Source of the DNA: a virus
Taxonomy: Duplodnaviria > Caudoviricetes
DNA length: 64,000 nt
Direction: 5' to 3' (one strand)
Virus record (IMG/VR): IMGVR_UViG_3300008262_000055
Part shown: one piece after another, positions 52,525-62,090 of the stretch
How the letters are laid out: each line of letters opens with the position of its first letter
Numbering within the stretch: position 1 is the first letter of the stretch
The notes under the pieces: generated by a model
What the model was told of the DNA's origin: nothing
The model's input: the letters and a program-made list of their open reading frames with translations, nothing else
Database searches by the model: none
Made by a program: the position numbers and the translations under genes

Positions 52525-53041
52525 TTGGAATACTGTTCTTAAAAACTTGCCTTTACAAGGAGGTGAGTCAAAAACCCCATCGGCTGATTTTTATAGAAAC
52601 TTAGATGGAAGATTTGATTCGATAATAAATCAATGGAAACAGGCAGGATACGATCAATGTGATAGTGTTGAGTGGATAAACTATTATCCTGATTCACACT
52701 ATGATAGTAATGTAGCAGAAAAATTTAGTATATGGTCAAATTCTAAATGTGCTAGAAATTGGATCAGTAGGATGCGTCCTGGAAAAATGGCACCATTCCA
52801 TCAAGACATAGACGATAATTTAGAAGAATATCTTGCTATGGGAGAACTGGTCAGATTCAGTGTGTTTATTAGTCAACCTAGTCCTGGCGGATTATTTCTG
52901 CTTAAAGATCAAGTCTATCACAATGAACCTCAAGGAAAGGTTATTATGTGGGATGATTATTTAGACTGGCATGCGGGTGTTAATTGCGGACTCACAGATA
53001 AATTCATGTTCCATTATTTAGGTGTTAAAAATGAAAAATAA
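52508..53041 (+). CDS. 2OG/cupin oxygenase-like (paralogue of 51320-51898)
   Basis: PGKMAPFHQD, MWDD..DWHAGVN, K.MFHYLG. Confidence 0.7.
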   Translation: MLYEFDWNTVLKNLPLQGGESKTPSADFYRNLDGRFDSIINQWKQAGYDQCDSVEWINYYPDSHYDSNVAEKFSIWSNSKCARNWISRMRPGKMAPFHQDIDDNLEEYLAMGELVRFSVFISQPSPGGLFLLKDQVYHNEPQGKVIMWDDYLDWHAGVNCGLTDKFMFHYLGVKNEK

Positions 53042-53597
53042 TTATTGCGTAGATTTAAAATTACCAGTACCACATCCGTTAAAAGATCCTACTGTATTAA
53101 ATCAAACTGGATATGCTCCAGAAATATTCTTTGCAGATCCATCAAACGTTAATGAAGAATTTACTGCTTGGTTAGATCAACACGATCTAGTAATGACATA
53201 TCCACCTTTGGTTTTTTATACTCCACCGAGGAGAGAATGCGGATTTCATATTGATGGTGATATTATCTGTGATCGTGCTGTAATGAATTGGATAGTACAA
53301 GGTTCTGGTAGTTTAATGCACTGGTATACACTAGCACCTGATGCTAAAATTACCGATCAAGAAATTACCCAAGCAGGTACTCCTTATACTAGATATACAG
53401 AGGATCATGTTGTACATTTACACAGTCAAGAAGTTAAATGGCCTAGTCTAGTACAGACTGGGCTTCCTCATAAAGTTACTAATTATGGCGACGAATCTAG
53501 ATGGTGCCTTAGTTGCGATATTAGTCTAAAATCTAATCCTGAAGCAGGCCTGACTATGGAACAAGCCAAAGAGATTTTTAAACAATGGATCATCTAA
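53031..53597 (+). CDS. 2OG/cupin oxygenase-like
   Basis: GFHIDG, PSLVQTGLPHKV, RWCLS. Confidence 0.65.
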   Translation: MKNNYCVDLKLPVPHPLKDPTVLNQTGYAPEIFFADPSNVNEEFTAWLDQHDLVMTYPPLVFYTPPRRECGFHIDGDIICDRAVMNWIVQGSGSLMHWYTLAPDAKITDQEITQAGTPYTRYTEDHVVHLHSQEVKWPSLVQTGLPHKVTNYGDESRWCLSCDISLKSNPEAGLTMEQAKEIFKQWII

Positions 53598-54235
53598 CTC
53601 AAGCACAACAAATTTTAAGATCAGGAATTCCTTGGTTAGAATTAGACATACCATTCGATGTTGATGTATGGAAACAACAGGCATTAGAAGCTGAAAACTA
53701 CTATCAAGAATATAGAGAGTCTAATAGTAAAAATTGGAGTAGCTGTTGCCTACACGGATTAGCCGTTGATAAAACTTATACTGCCGAGCAGTATGGTCAC
53801 AGCGAATATCAGGCACCTTATCAATATACCGAGCTGGCTTATCGATGCCCTATAATTACAGATTTTTGGAAGAACAAATTTCCTGCTGAACGATATACTA
53901 GAATAAGATTTATGAAAGTCGGAGCAGGCGGTATGATCAATTGGCATAATGACGGATCTATACCGGAAGACATTGATCCGTTGATGTCGATATTACCGAT
54001 TAACCTAGCAATTATTCATCCTAAATCTTGCGATATGGAAATACAAGGACACGGTATCGTTCCTTGGAAAGAAGGAAAAATAATGATGTTAAACATTAGT
54101 AAAAATCATGCTGTATTCAATCGAAGCAGCAAAGATAGGATACACATGATAGCTAATATAATAGTAGGCAATCGAGTTGAAGAATTTTGCGATATGCTAA
54201 TAAGATGTTATAATAAACAATATGGTAGAATTTAA
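53585..54235 (+). CDS. Asp/Asn beta-hydroxylase-like 2OG oxygenase
   Basis: RIRFMKVGAGG.INWHND, G....LNIS..HAVFN.S...RIHMI. Confidence 0.75.
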   Translation: MDHLTQAQQILRSGIPWLELDIPFDVDVWKQQALEAENYYQEYRESNSKNWSSCCLHGLAVDKTYTAEQYGHSEYQAPYQYTELAYRCPIITDFWKNKFPAERYTRIRFMKVGAGGMINWHNDGSIPEDIDPLMSILPINLAIIHPKSCDMEIQGHGIVPWKEGKIMMLNISKNHAVFNRSSKDRIHMIANIIVGNRVEEFCDMLIRCYNKQYGRI

Positions 54236-55586
54236 TACGCCGGCAGGCTCTCCTGACATAGTTTTTATTTTTCTTGATAGGACTGGAAAAAGTTCTAGTG
54301 ATTGGTCACGAGAAATAATAAAAAATCTCAGTGACTATGTTTTGGTAAACATACAAAATCACGGGTTCAATGTTATACAGGGATTAGACGAAGACAGTCT
54401 CTTACAACACGCTTCAGAAAAATACAGTCATGCTGTAGTGTTAAGCACAGGTACAGAATTTATCAACGGTGACGAATTTTTTCACGAAACAGAAAAATTA
54501 GTTTATGGAGACAAAGACTTTTTTATAATGGGACATTTAGCTGACAGGGACGACGGCTATTATGAACTACACGAACAATGTTATATAATTGATCTTCAGA
54601 AATTAAAAAGATTAGGTTTTCCTAAGATGGGAGATTTTTCTTATTATGACAAACATACTCAAATAGCACCCATTCGCAGCGAAGATAATGTACACGACGA
54701 TTATACTCCGCTGTGGATTAAACCAGGTGATACTGATAAAACTTATAAACATAAATGGCACGGCTGGAATATTATTTGGGTAGCACTTAAAAACAATTTA
54801 CCTCTTTTAGTTTTTCCTAAAGAATTTAGAAATAACAAAAAATTTTATTACCCTAATTACGAAACAAGTTTTATACCAGCCAGTTCTTACTTGTACGGGA
54901 AACAAAGTATAGCTAGCCAAACATTGTTTTATCCTCATAACACTGAAGAAATGTATGAGATAAATTTTAATGGTCCAATAAGACAACTGGTCATCCAAGC
55001 TAGTGGGTTACAATGGATTGATTATCTAACAAAATACGGGTACGATGAAAACACTGTAGTCCGATTTGTAGATTATAATTTGTTTGCTGTTGAAACTATG
55101 ATGGCGATTGTGAAAAGATGGAATGGTTTAAATTATGATCAATTCATTACTGCTGTAGTTGGCGGTCGTGCTGCTCTAGTAGGTAAAGAAGCACGAGACT
55201 GGTTAGCAACTTCTGTTAAACTTGAAGATGTTAAGATAGATCCTGCTGTATGGAACGATATTAAATCGAAAGTAAAGTTTGATTTTAAACATGAAGACCT
55301 AGTTCTTAATATAGGACTACCAATAAATTCGTGGCTTGACAATGTGCCTAAAACACTAATTCATCTCAGCCATATTTTTAGCTACGATCCGGCTGCGGCA
55401 TTTGTGCCTTTAAAACATAGATTATATAACGAAAACCTATTGTTAAAAAAGATTAGAGAATACAATCCCAACGCTCATATTTTAATGGGTAGATCTTGCG
55501 AAGGATTCACAAATCAAACAATGGGTTCAATTGATCTTAAATCTTTAAAAACTCCAACTTGGCATGCCAACGGTGAATGGTTATGA
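54222..55586 (+). CDS. Hypothetical protein (454 aa), possibly two-domain
   Basis: Long ORF overlapping both neighbours; no motif confidently recognised. Confidence 0.7.
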   Translation: MVEFNTPAGSPDIVFIFLDRTGKSSSDWSREIIKNLSDYVLVNIQNHGFNVIQGLDEDSLLQHASEKYSHAVVLSTGTEFINGDEFFHETEKLVYGDKDFFIMGHLADRDDGYYELHEQCYIIDLQKLKRLGFPKMGDFSYYDKHTQIAPIRSEDNVHDDYTPLWIKPGDTDKTYKHKWHGWNIIWVALKNNLPLLVFPKEFRNNKKFYYPNYETSFIPASSYLYGKQSIASQTLFYPHNTEEMYEINFNGPIRQLVIQASGLQWIDYLTKYGYDENTVVRFVDYNLFAVETMMAIVKRWNGLNYDQFITAVVGGRAALVGKEARDWLATSVKLEDVKIDPAVWNDIKSKVKFDFKHEDLVLNIGLPINSWLDNVPKTLIHLSHIFSYDPAAAFVPLKHRLYNENLLLKKIREYNPNAHILMGRSCEGFTNQTMGSIDLKSLKTPTWHANGEWL

Positions 55587-56194
55587 CATTTAAACGAATA
55601 GCAGTCACTGGCCATACTAGTGGTATAGGAAAAGGCCTATATGATTATTTTTTATCAAAAGGCTGCTCTGTAAAAGGATTTAGTTTAGATAATGGTTTTG
55701 ATATCTCAATCAGAGAGAACATTGACAGGATCGTAGAGTTAACTAGAGATTGCGATTTATTTTTTAACAATGCGTATCATCATTATCAGCAAGTTGAAAT
55801 TGCTAGACTTTGGCAACAACAGCATTGGAGTGATCACCATTTTATTGTTAATATAAGTTCTATGGCAGCAGAACCCTTAGCTAACATTCCAGAAGAGTTT
55901 CCGTGGCTTGAAGAATACGGTAAAGAAAAATACGCTCTTAATAAGATAAGTTGGGATATAAATCACAGCGGAAGTAAGTGTAAAAGCATTATTGTTATGC
56001 CAGGTATTGTACAGACTAACTTTTATAATCCCTATGACACGGAAGAAAATAACGGTTTAGAATTGTATAATAAAGTCACAGAAACAAACAGTATTATTAC
56101 TGTTGATGATCTAGTAAAAACAGTTGAACTTATTTTACAAAGCATTAACGGTAGAAATTTTATATCAAGCATCACAGTATTAAATGGTTATTAA
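55583..56194 (+). CDS. Short-chain dehydrogenase/reductase (SDR)
   Basis: VTGHTSGIG, FFNNA, NISS, YGKEK (YxxxK), PGIVQT. Confidence 0.8.
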   Translation: MTFKRIAVTGHTSGIGKGLYDYFLSKGCSVKGFSLDNGFDISIRENIDRIVELTRDCDLFFNNAYHHYQQVEIARLWQQQHWSDHHFIVNISSMAAEPLANIPEEFPWLEEYGKEKYALNKISWDINHSGSKCKSIIVMPGIVQTNFYNPYDTEENNGLELYNKVTETNSIITVDDLVKTVELILQSINGRNFISSITVLNGY

Positions 56195-56615
56195 AACAGA
56201 CATTAACACTTGGATTGAAAAACTGACAGCCAAGCAAATCATGCTTGGAGGATTGTCAGTTTGTCCCTATGCTAAAAATGCTGAATATGAAGTTGTTGAA
56301 ACTGACGGCAGCAATATAGAACCACCGCCATGGGATTTTGAGCTATTGATTTATGTATTACCAGAAAGTTGGACTCAAGATGAGTTATTTCAGTTAGCTA
56401 ATGAATACGGAAAAATTTTTCCTTCATTGGTGTTCCTACCAGATCATAAGGATAGGTATACAGAAATTAACGGAGTACAGACTAACAACGGCAAACATAA
56501 TCTTTTATTGTGCCAGTGGAGAGATAATTTAGTTTCTGCTAGAAAGAAGTTAGCATCTACTAACTATTACGATTTTTGGAACCAAGAATATTTGGAAGAG
56601 ATTTTAAAAGCATGA
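56184..56615 (+). CDS. DUF1415-like hypothetical protein
   Basis: LSVCPYAK, FLPDH. Confidence 0.45.
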   Translation: MVIKTDINTWIEKLTAKQIMLGGLSVCPYAKNAEYEVVETDGSNIEPPPWDFELLIYVLPESWTQDELFQLANEYGKIFPSLVFLPDHKDRYTEINGVQTNNGKHNLLLCQWRDNLVSARKKLASTNYYDFWNQEYLEEILKA

Positions 56616-57652
56616 TATGGACTAATTGGGATCCTCTTAAAGAAGTTATTGTAGGGAATTGTCCTAGGGGTGCCTACAGCAATAAATTAGCTCAAATATT
56701 CAGTGAAACTAGAGAAGATCTAGATAATTTAGCTGATTACTTAACCAAGCTAGGTGTACGTGTACATCGTCCAACAGTAACTAACATGGACAAACATATA
56801 GATCTAGGTTATTTTAAAATTGATAATCCCACAGCACCTATTGTTCCACGAGACCAGTATTTGGTATACGGCGAGACTGTATATCAAACATACACTAGTA
56901 TGCCGGATCGTTACTTAGACAGTAAAAACTATAATCATATTTTTAAAGAATTATTTGAGCGTGGACACAATTGGCTTAGTATGCCTCCACCTAAATTAGA
57001 AACACTTGTAGACAAGTGGTGGGCCAATGGCGAATATGTTTATCATGAGCAGTTAAAAGATCAAGTGCTGTGGCATACTGCTACAATGTTTAAGTGTGGA
57101 GATAAACTAATCACTAACACCAAGGGTCCAGGCAATAGTTTAGGCTTAGAGTGGATGAAACGTAATCTGCCAGCAAATACCATAGTAGATGTAGGTAACA
57201 CACACCAACAAGGATTTGGACATATAGATCACGGCTGGTTTATGACCAACGACGATCTAGTATTCTGTGTAAACAAATCGTGGGTACCAGAACCGTTACT
57301 CAACAAGCAGATCATAGAACTAGAAGACCATTTTGAAAAGTTTGATGACAGTAAATTTATTGCTGATTATTCTGCTACTGACGGTAAGTTTAGCGATGCG
57401 TGGATTGACAAGTGGCTAACCCAATGGAAGGGTTATGCTCAGGAAGTATTCTTCGACAGCAATGTACTAGTTATCGATAGCCAGAATGTATTGTTTAGCA
57501 ATTACCAGCCTGGCATTTTTAAAGTTATGGAACGTTATGGCATTAACTGTCATGTAGTTCCACAACGCCACGGATTATTCTGGGAAGCGGGTATCCATTG
57601 CCTAACTTTAGATTTAGTCAGAGATGGCGAATGTAGATCTATAGTAACTTAA
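56612..57652 (+). CDS. Amidinotransferase (glycine / inosamine-phosphate amidinotransferase family)
   Basis: NWDPLKEVIVG, PRD, GHID, GIHCLTLD (catalytic Cys); 346 aa from ATG 56612. Confidence 0.85.
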   Translation: MIWTNWDPLKEVIVGNCPRGAYSNKLAQIFSETREDLDNLADYLTKLGVRVHRPTVTNMDKHIDLGYFKIDNPTAPIVPRDQYLVYGETVYQTYTSMPDRYLDSKNYNHIFKELFERGHNWLSMPPPKLETLVDKWWANGEYVYHEQLKDQVLWHTATMFKCGDKLITNTKGPGNSLGLEWMKRNLPANTIVDVGNTHQQGFGHIDHGWFMTNDDLVFCVNKSWVPEPLLNKQIIELEDHFEKFDDSKFIADYSATDGKFSDAWIDKWLTQWKGYAQEVFFDSNVLVIDSQNVLFSNYQPGIFKVMERYGINCHVVPQRHGLFWEAGIHCLTLDLVRDGECRSIVT

Positions 57653-58804
57653 CGCTATTGTTAATTTAAATTCTAATTCATCAAAATAATCCTGTGTAGC
57701 ATTTACAGGAATTACGATCAATAACCCAGACCCGCCCTCATTCCACATACCTGCACTGATACCATATTGATAAAGAAATTTTTCAAATATTTCTTCTAAC
57801 GGTTTATCATTCAATAATTGTAGATTAAACACTAACCCGTGATGATTAAAGTTTTTAATTAACTTTTGATCTTTCAATCGATGAAATACTTTTTTAGCTG
57901 TGTCTAATATTTGGGGATATCGATCAAATAATTGTTCCTCTTCGATAATATCCAAATAGGCAATAGTAGAATAAATTCCACTGAGACTAAAACTATAACT
58001 AAAACCGTGTGTAAAAACTTGACCTTTAATTTTAGAGAATATCTTTTCGTTAATAAGAGTAGCACTGAGGGGGAAATAGCCAGATGTAAATGCCTTGCCA
58101 ACGGTGAATATGTCAGGCTCTACAATTCCAGACCAGCCAAAGAAAGTACCAGTCTTCCCACCGCACATGGCGATGTCATCGACAATAAGAACTATGTTTT
58201 TATCGGTACATATCTTGCGTAGGCTGTTCCAGAAATCTTGACCCGGGTCATATAATCCATTTTGCCAACTTGCTGTTTCTATAATTACAGCACAAAGGTC
58301 ATCAGTGATATTGTCTAAATTATAGTCGCTGACAACACAACGAGGATCTTTACCAAAGAAGCCTGTCATGTAAGTTGCGTCACTGACACTTGAACTTAGA
58401 TATGTACTACCGTGATAACTTTTCTTAAATCCTAAAAACTTATCGCGACCGTTGTATAGTTGTGCTAATCTCAAAGCACCTTCGACGGCATCACTACCGC
58501 TTAAAGCAAATACACTTCTATATCCTTGGCTTAGATCATATAGTCGTTGGCTTAGTTCAAGGACGGCAGAATTAGTTGTATAAAATTCGCCCGAACAAAA
58601 AGGAAGATCTTTCATCTGTTGTTCAACACGATCAATGATATCTTTCCTTTTGAACCCCAACGGAAAACACCCGCAGTTGCCAAGACTTAGATCTAACAGT
58701 TGATTACCGCTTTCTATAAATCCGTAATCTGTATATTCTGAAATCTCTCTTACAGAAACATTTTCGTTGGTAACATACGGAAAAATTAATTTGTTTATAG
58801 ACAT
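57614..58804 (-). CDS. Class III aminotransferase (PLP)
   Basis: SGSDAVEGAL, SYHGST, LIVDDI...GKTG, TVGKAFTSG (Lys), HGFSYS. Confidence 0.85.
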   Translation of the reverse strand: MSINKLIFPYVTNENVSVREISEYTDYGFIESGNQLLDLSLGNCGCFPLGFKRKDIIDRVEQQMKDLPFCSGEFYTTNSAVLELSQRLYDLSQGYRSVFALSGSDAVEGALRLAQLYNGRDKFLGFKKSYHGSTYLSSSVSDATYMTGFFGKDPRCVVSDYNLDNITDDLCAVIIETASWQNGLYDPGQDFWNSLRKICTDKNIVLIVDDIAMCGGKTGTFFGWSGIVEPDIFTVGKAFTSGYFPLSATLINEKIFSKIKGQVFTHGFSYSFSLSGIYSTIAYLDIIEEEQLFDRYPQILDTAKKVFHRLKDQKLIKNFNHHGLVFNLQLLNDKPLEEIFEKFLYQYGISAGMWNEGGSGLLIVIPVNATQDYFDELEFKLTIALSYYRSTFAISD

Positions 58805-59388
58805 ATAGTTAAAGATACTCGTTTAGAACTTAGATTTTCTACTCCGTGTATTGTAGTGACATCTAATTCATGCCATGTTTTTTGAGGTATTATTTCAGAC
58901 TCAACAATATCTAATCTTGTATATGGAATAACAACCTGCGGAGTAATTTTTAAATCTTTATATTCATCCTTTGGTTTATAAAATGTAGTACTAGCTGCCC
59001 CACCAGTTTCTAACAAATAGTTTACTGCCTTTGATCTAGATTCGTCAATGTGGGGAGGGACCAAAGACCCGTTTGACATTACTTGAATAAATGCTATACA
59101 CTCAAACGGAATGTTAGTTTTTAACCAATCTTTAACTAGATCACTAATCTCAATAAAATCGTAATCTGCTAAATTTGGAAATATTTTTTTCCCCTCGGAA
59201 TACCGATATCCAATATTGGTGATTGGATCGTAATCAATATTCCCTATAATACTTAAAGTTTTTAGATTTGTATTAATTAACAGTTCGTCATTTTGGTGAC
59301 AGTTGGCATTTTTAGATATTGTATCGAATATATCTTGCTCTATTTCAAAAGGTAGAGGTGGAAGATTTAGATAATTAATATAGCTCAT
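58795..59388 (-). CDS. 2OG/cupin oxygenase-like
   Basis: VPPHID, AVNYLL..GG, WHELD...HGV, RVSLTI; TATAAATA on minus at 59395-59402. Confidence 0.7.
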   Translation of the reverse strand: MSYINYLNLPPLPFEIEQDIFDTISKNANCHQNDELLINTNLKTLSIIGNIDYDPITNIGYRYSEGKKIFPNLADYDFIEISDLVKDWLKTNIPFECIAFIQVMSNGSLVPPHIDESRSKAVNYLLETGGAASTTFYKPKDEYKDLKITPQVVIPYTRLDIVESEIIPQKTWHELDVTTIHGVENLSSKRVSLTICL

Positions 59389-59412
59389 GAGTGATATTTA
59401 TAAGGTGATAAA

Positions 59413-61023
59413 ATGAAGATAGTTGTTGTTGGCGGAGGCAGTTCGGGATGGATGACAGCCAGTTGGTTGAACAAGTTTGTTCCAAACAGCAAAATTACTC
59501 TTGTTGAAAGTCCAGCAGTTCCAAGGATAGGTGTCGGTGAATCGGTAACCGTACACTTAACGGAATTTATCAGAGTATTGGGAATTGACGAGCATCATTT
59601 TATGTTTCATACGGGTAGTGTTTACAAGTACGGAAATAACTTTATAAATTGGTTAGAAGGCAAAGGCGAAAACGAATTATTTACTTTTGCCTTTAACAAG
59701 AATAAAAGTCATCTTTATTCATCACCTTACAAAGGCGTTTCTTGGGACGATCATAGAGATGTGCGAGTTGAGGAAACTAGATTAACTGACTATTGGTTAG
59801 AATTGTTTAAACAGGGAAAAACTGATAGAAACTTTAGTAAGAATTTTACATCATGGACATCATTCACTGAAGATCTAAAAGCACCGTTCGTTGACGGAAT
59901 ATCTTATTTGCCAAAAAATGATCTTGCCTGGGCTTATCATATTAACACTGAAAAATTTGCAGACTACTTAAAAGAGTTTGTTGCTGGCCCCGGTGGTGTA
60001 GAACATAAGATTGCACATATAAAACAAATTATTAAATCTGGCCAGACTATAGAAAAAATTCTGTTTGATGACAACACGGAAATAACAGCAGACCTTTATG
60101 TTGATTGTTCTGGTTTTCATAGAGTATTGGTTAAAGAATTTGACAACGTTCAGTGGAAGTGGTATGAAAACAATGTAGCAGACAGTGCCTATGTTTGCCA
60201 GTTAGATTATATCGATCCAGAAAAAGAAATGGTAAATTATACCAAGTCAATAGCTATGAACAAGGGTTGGTGTTTTGATATCAGTTTATTTCATAGGCGA
60301 GGCACAGGATATATTTTTAGCAATGATTTTATTAGCGATGATGAGGTGTTAGCCGAGTATCGTAGTAAGATACTAACTAAGCCCAAGTTTGAACCTAGAA
60401 AAATCAAGTGGGATAAAAAACGTATGTTGAACCCCGGGTTTGGTAATGTATGTGCTATAGGTATGACCATAGGATTTGTTGAGCCAATGGAGGCTAACAT
60501 GTTAGGAGTAATATCTAATTCAGCATGGGAACTTACTCACGTTTTAGAGGATCATAATTTTGATACAAGAAATATAGACTGGTCACGCTACAATACTAAA
60601 ATAGGACATACCTTTGATGATGTGGCAGATTTTATTTTAGTACATTATACACTCAGTCCAAGAACTGATAATGAATACTGGGAGGAAATGCGTAGTATTG
60701 GTCGTAGATTAAAACATGAAGAACTGTTATTAGACAAATATAATGATTATAAAAATACCATAGACGGTGCTTCTCAGAGCCTATGCTTCTTTCCAGATTA
60801 CATGTGGATTGAACTAGCAGCTACTTGGAATATAGATCTAAGTAAATGGCCGTCTAAAAAAATCAGCGATGACGAACTTCGCATGGCAGAGTTACATTTT
60901 GATTATCTGAGAAATCATTTAAATCTAGCTTCTAAAAAATTCCCACAATATTATCATTATCTCAAAGACAATATTTTTAAAGGTATGACTCCGCAAGAGT
61001 GGATGGACGCAGCTAAAATCTAA
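59413..61023 (+). CDS. Flavin-dependent halogenase family (tryptophan halogenase-like)
   Basis: VVGGGSSGW, IGVGES, YKYGNNFINW (catalytic Lys position), AYHIN, DCSGF, GWCFDISL, GFVEPMEA. Confidence 0.85.
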   Translation: MKIVVVGGGSSGWMTASWLNKFVPNSKITLVESPAVPRIGVGESVTVHLTEFIRVLGIDEHHFMFHTGSVYKYGNNFINWLEGKGENELFTFAFNKNKSHLYSSPYKGVSWDDHRDVRVEETRLTDYWLELFKQGKTDRNFSKNFTSWTSFTEDLKAPFVDGISYLPKNDLAWAYHINTEKFADYLKEFVAGPGGVEHKIAHIKQIIKSGQTIEKILFDDNTEITADLYVDCSGFHRVLVKEFDNVQWKWYENNVADSAYVCQLDYIDPEKEMVNYTKSIAMNKGWCFDISLFHRRGTGYIFSNDFISDDEVLAEYRSKILTKPKFEPRKIKWDKKRMLNPGFGNVCAIGMTIGFVEPMEANMLGVISNSAWELTHVLEDHNFDTRNIDWSRYNTKIGHTFDDVADFILVHYTLSPRTDNEYWEEMRSIGRRLKHEELLLDKYNDYKNTIDGASQSLCFFPDYMWIELAATWNIDLSKWPSKKISDDELRMAELHFDYLRNHLNLASKKFPQYYHYLKDNIFKGMTPQEWMDAAKI

Positions 61024-62090
61024 TGTTTTACGATACTATAAAAATATTACAGATAGAAAACAGCAGTCTATGCAATGCTGCCTGTCCGCAATGTGTACGA
61101 GAATGGAAAAATGGCGATTACAGTTTTTTTAAACAAACATTTATTCCAACTGATTTTTTTAAAAATCGTATACCACAATACATCTATGACGGATTAGAAA
61201 GAATAAATTTTAGTGGCTCTGTTGGTGATCCTTGTATGGCACCAAATTTAATTGATGTAGTCAATGTAATACGTGAAAAGAATCCTAATATTGAAATACA
61301 AATTACAACTAACGGCGGTATGCGTACTCCTAATTGGTGGCAGAATTTAGCTAAATCTTTAGGCAAAACAAAACACTATGTTATATTTGGAATAGATGGA
61401 TTAGAAGATACAAATCATATCTATAGGGTCAAAGTTAAATGGCGTAACTTAATGGATAACATTGATGCTTTTATCCAAGCAGGCGGTGTAGCCGATTGGC
61501 AATTTATACCGTTCAAACATAATCAACATCAAATTACTGCTGCTAGAATGATATCTCAAACTATGGGATTTAGAAACTTTTTTCTTTTAGCTAGTAATAG
61601 ATTTATGACTGAAGAATTGTTTGAAAAAAAATCTTTTGGTAGCGATGGTAAACAATTGATTCCGCCAATGAAAGAATATCAATTTAACATGTTTCAAGAT
61701 GATGACAGACCAACTAGCGATATTGAATGGGCAACACAGGCTGAAAAAAATTGTATTAAATGCCAAGCACAGGAAGACCGAGAAATATTTATTGATGTAG
61801 AAACGCACCTATTTCCTTGTTGTATGACAGCCGGTGCTAGGTTAACTATGGATGCTAAAGATCAAGATGGTTTTGAAAAATTATGGTTAAGATGGGGCGG
61901 AGATAATATTAAATTAGATGTTAACAATTGGGATATGATTGTTAATGGAAGATTTTTTTCTACTATACAAAAAAGCTGGAATAAGAAATTTTCCGAAGGT
62001 AGACTAATTCCATGTTCGGCATCATGTTCAGTGGGTAACTCAAATTATGTCGGTGTTCAGACTGTACAGTTTTTTGTAAATCCTAGGTAA
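61023..62090 (+). CDS. Radical SAM / twitch-SPASM protein (subfamily B)
   Basis: CNAACPQC, SGSVGDP, TTNGG, KCQ...FPCC...CSASC. Confidence 0.9.
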   Translation: MFYDTIKILQIENSSLCNAACPQCVREWKNGDYSFFKQTFIPTDFFKNRIPQYIYDGLERINFSGSVGDPCMAPNLIDVVNVIREKNPNIEIQITTNGGMRTPNWWQNLAKSLGKTKHYVIFGIDGLEDTNHIYRVKVKWRNLMDNIDAFIQAGGVADWQFIPFKHNQHQITAARMISQTMGFRNFFLLASNRFMTEELFEKKSFGSDGKQLIPPMKEYQFNMFQDDDRPTSDIEWATQAEKNCIKCQAQEDREIFIDVETHLFPCCMTAGARLTMDAKDQDGFEKLWLRWGGDNIKLDVNNWDMIVNGRFFSTIQKSWNKKFSEGRLIPCSASCSVGNSNYVGVQTVQFFVNPR

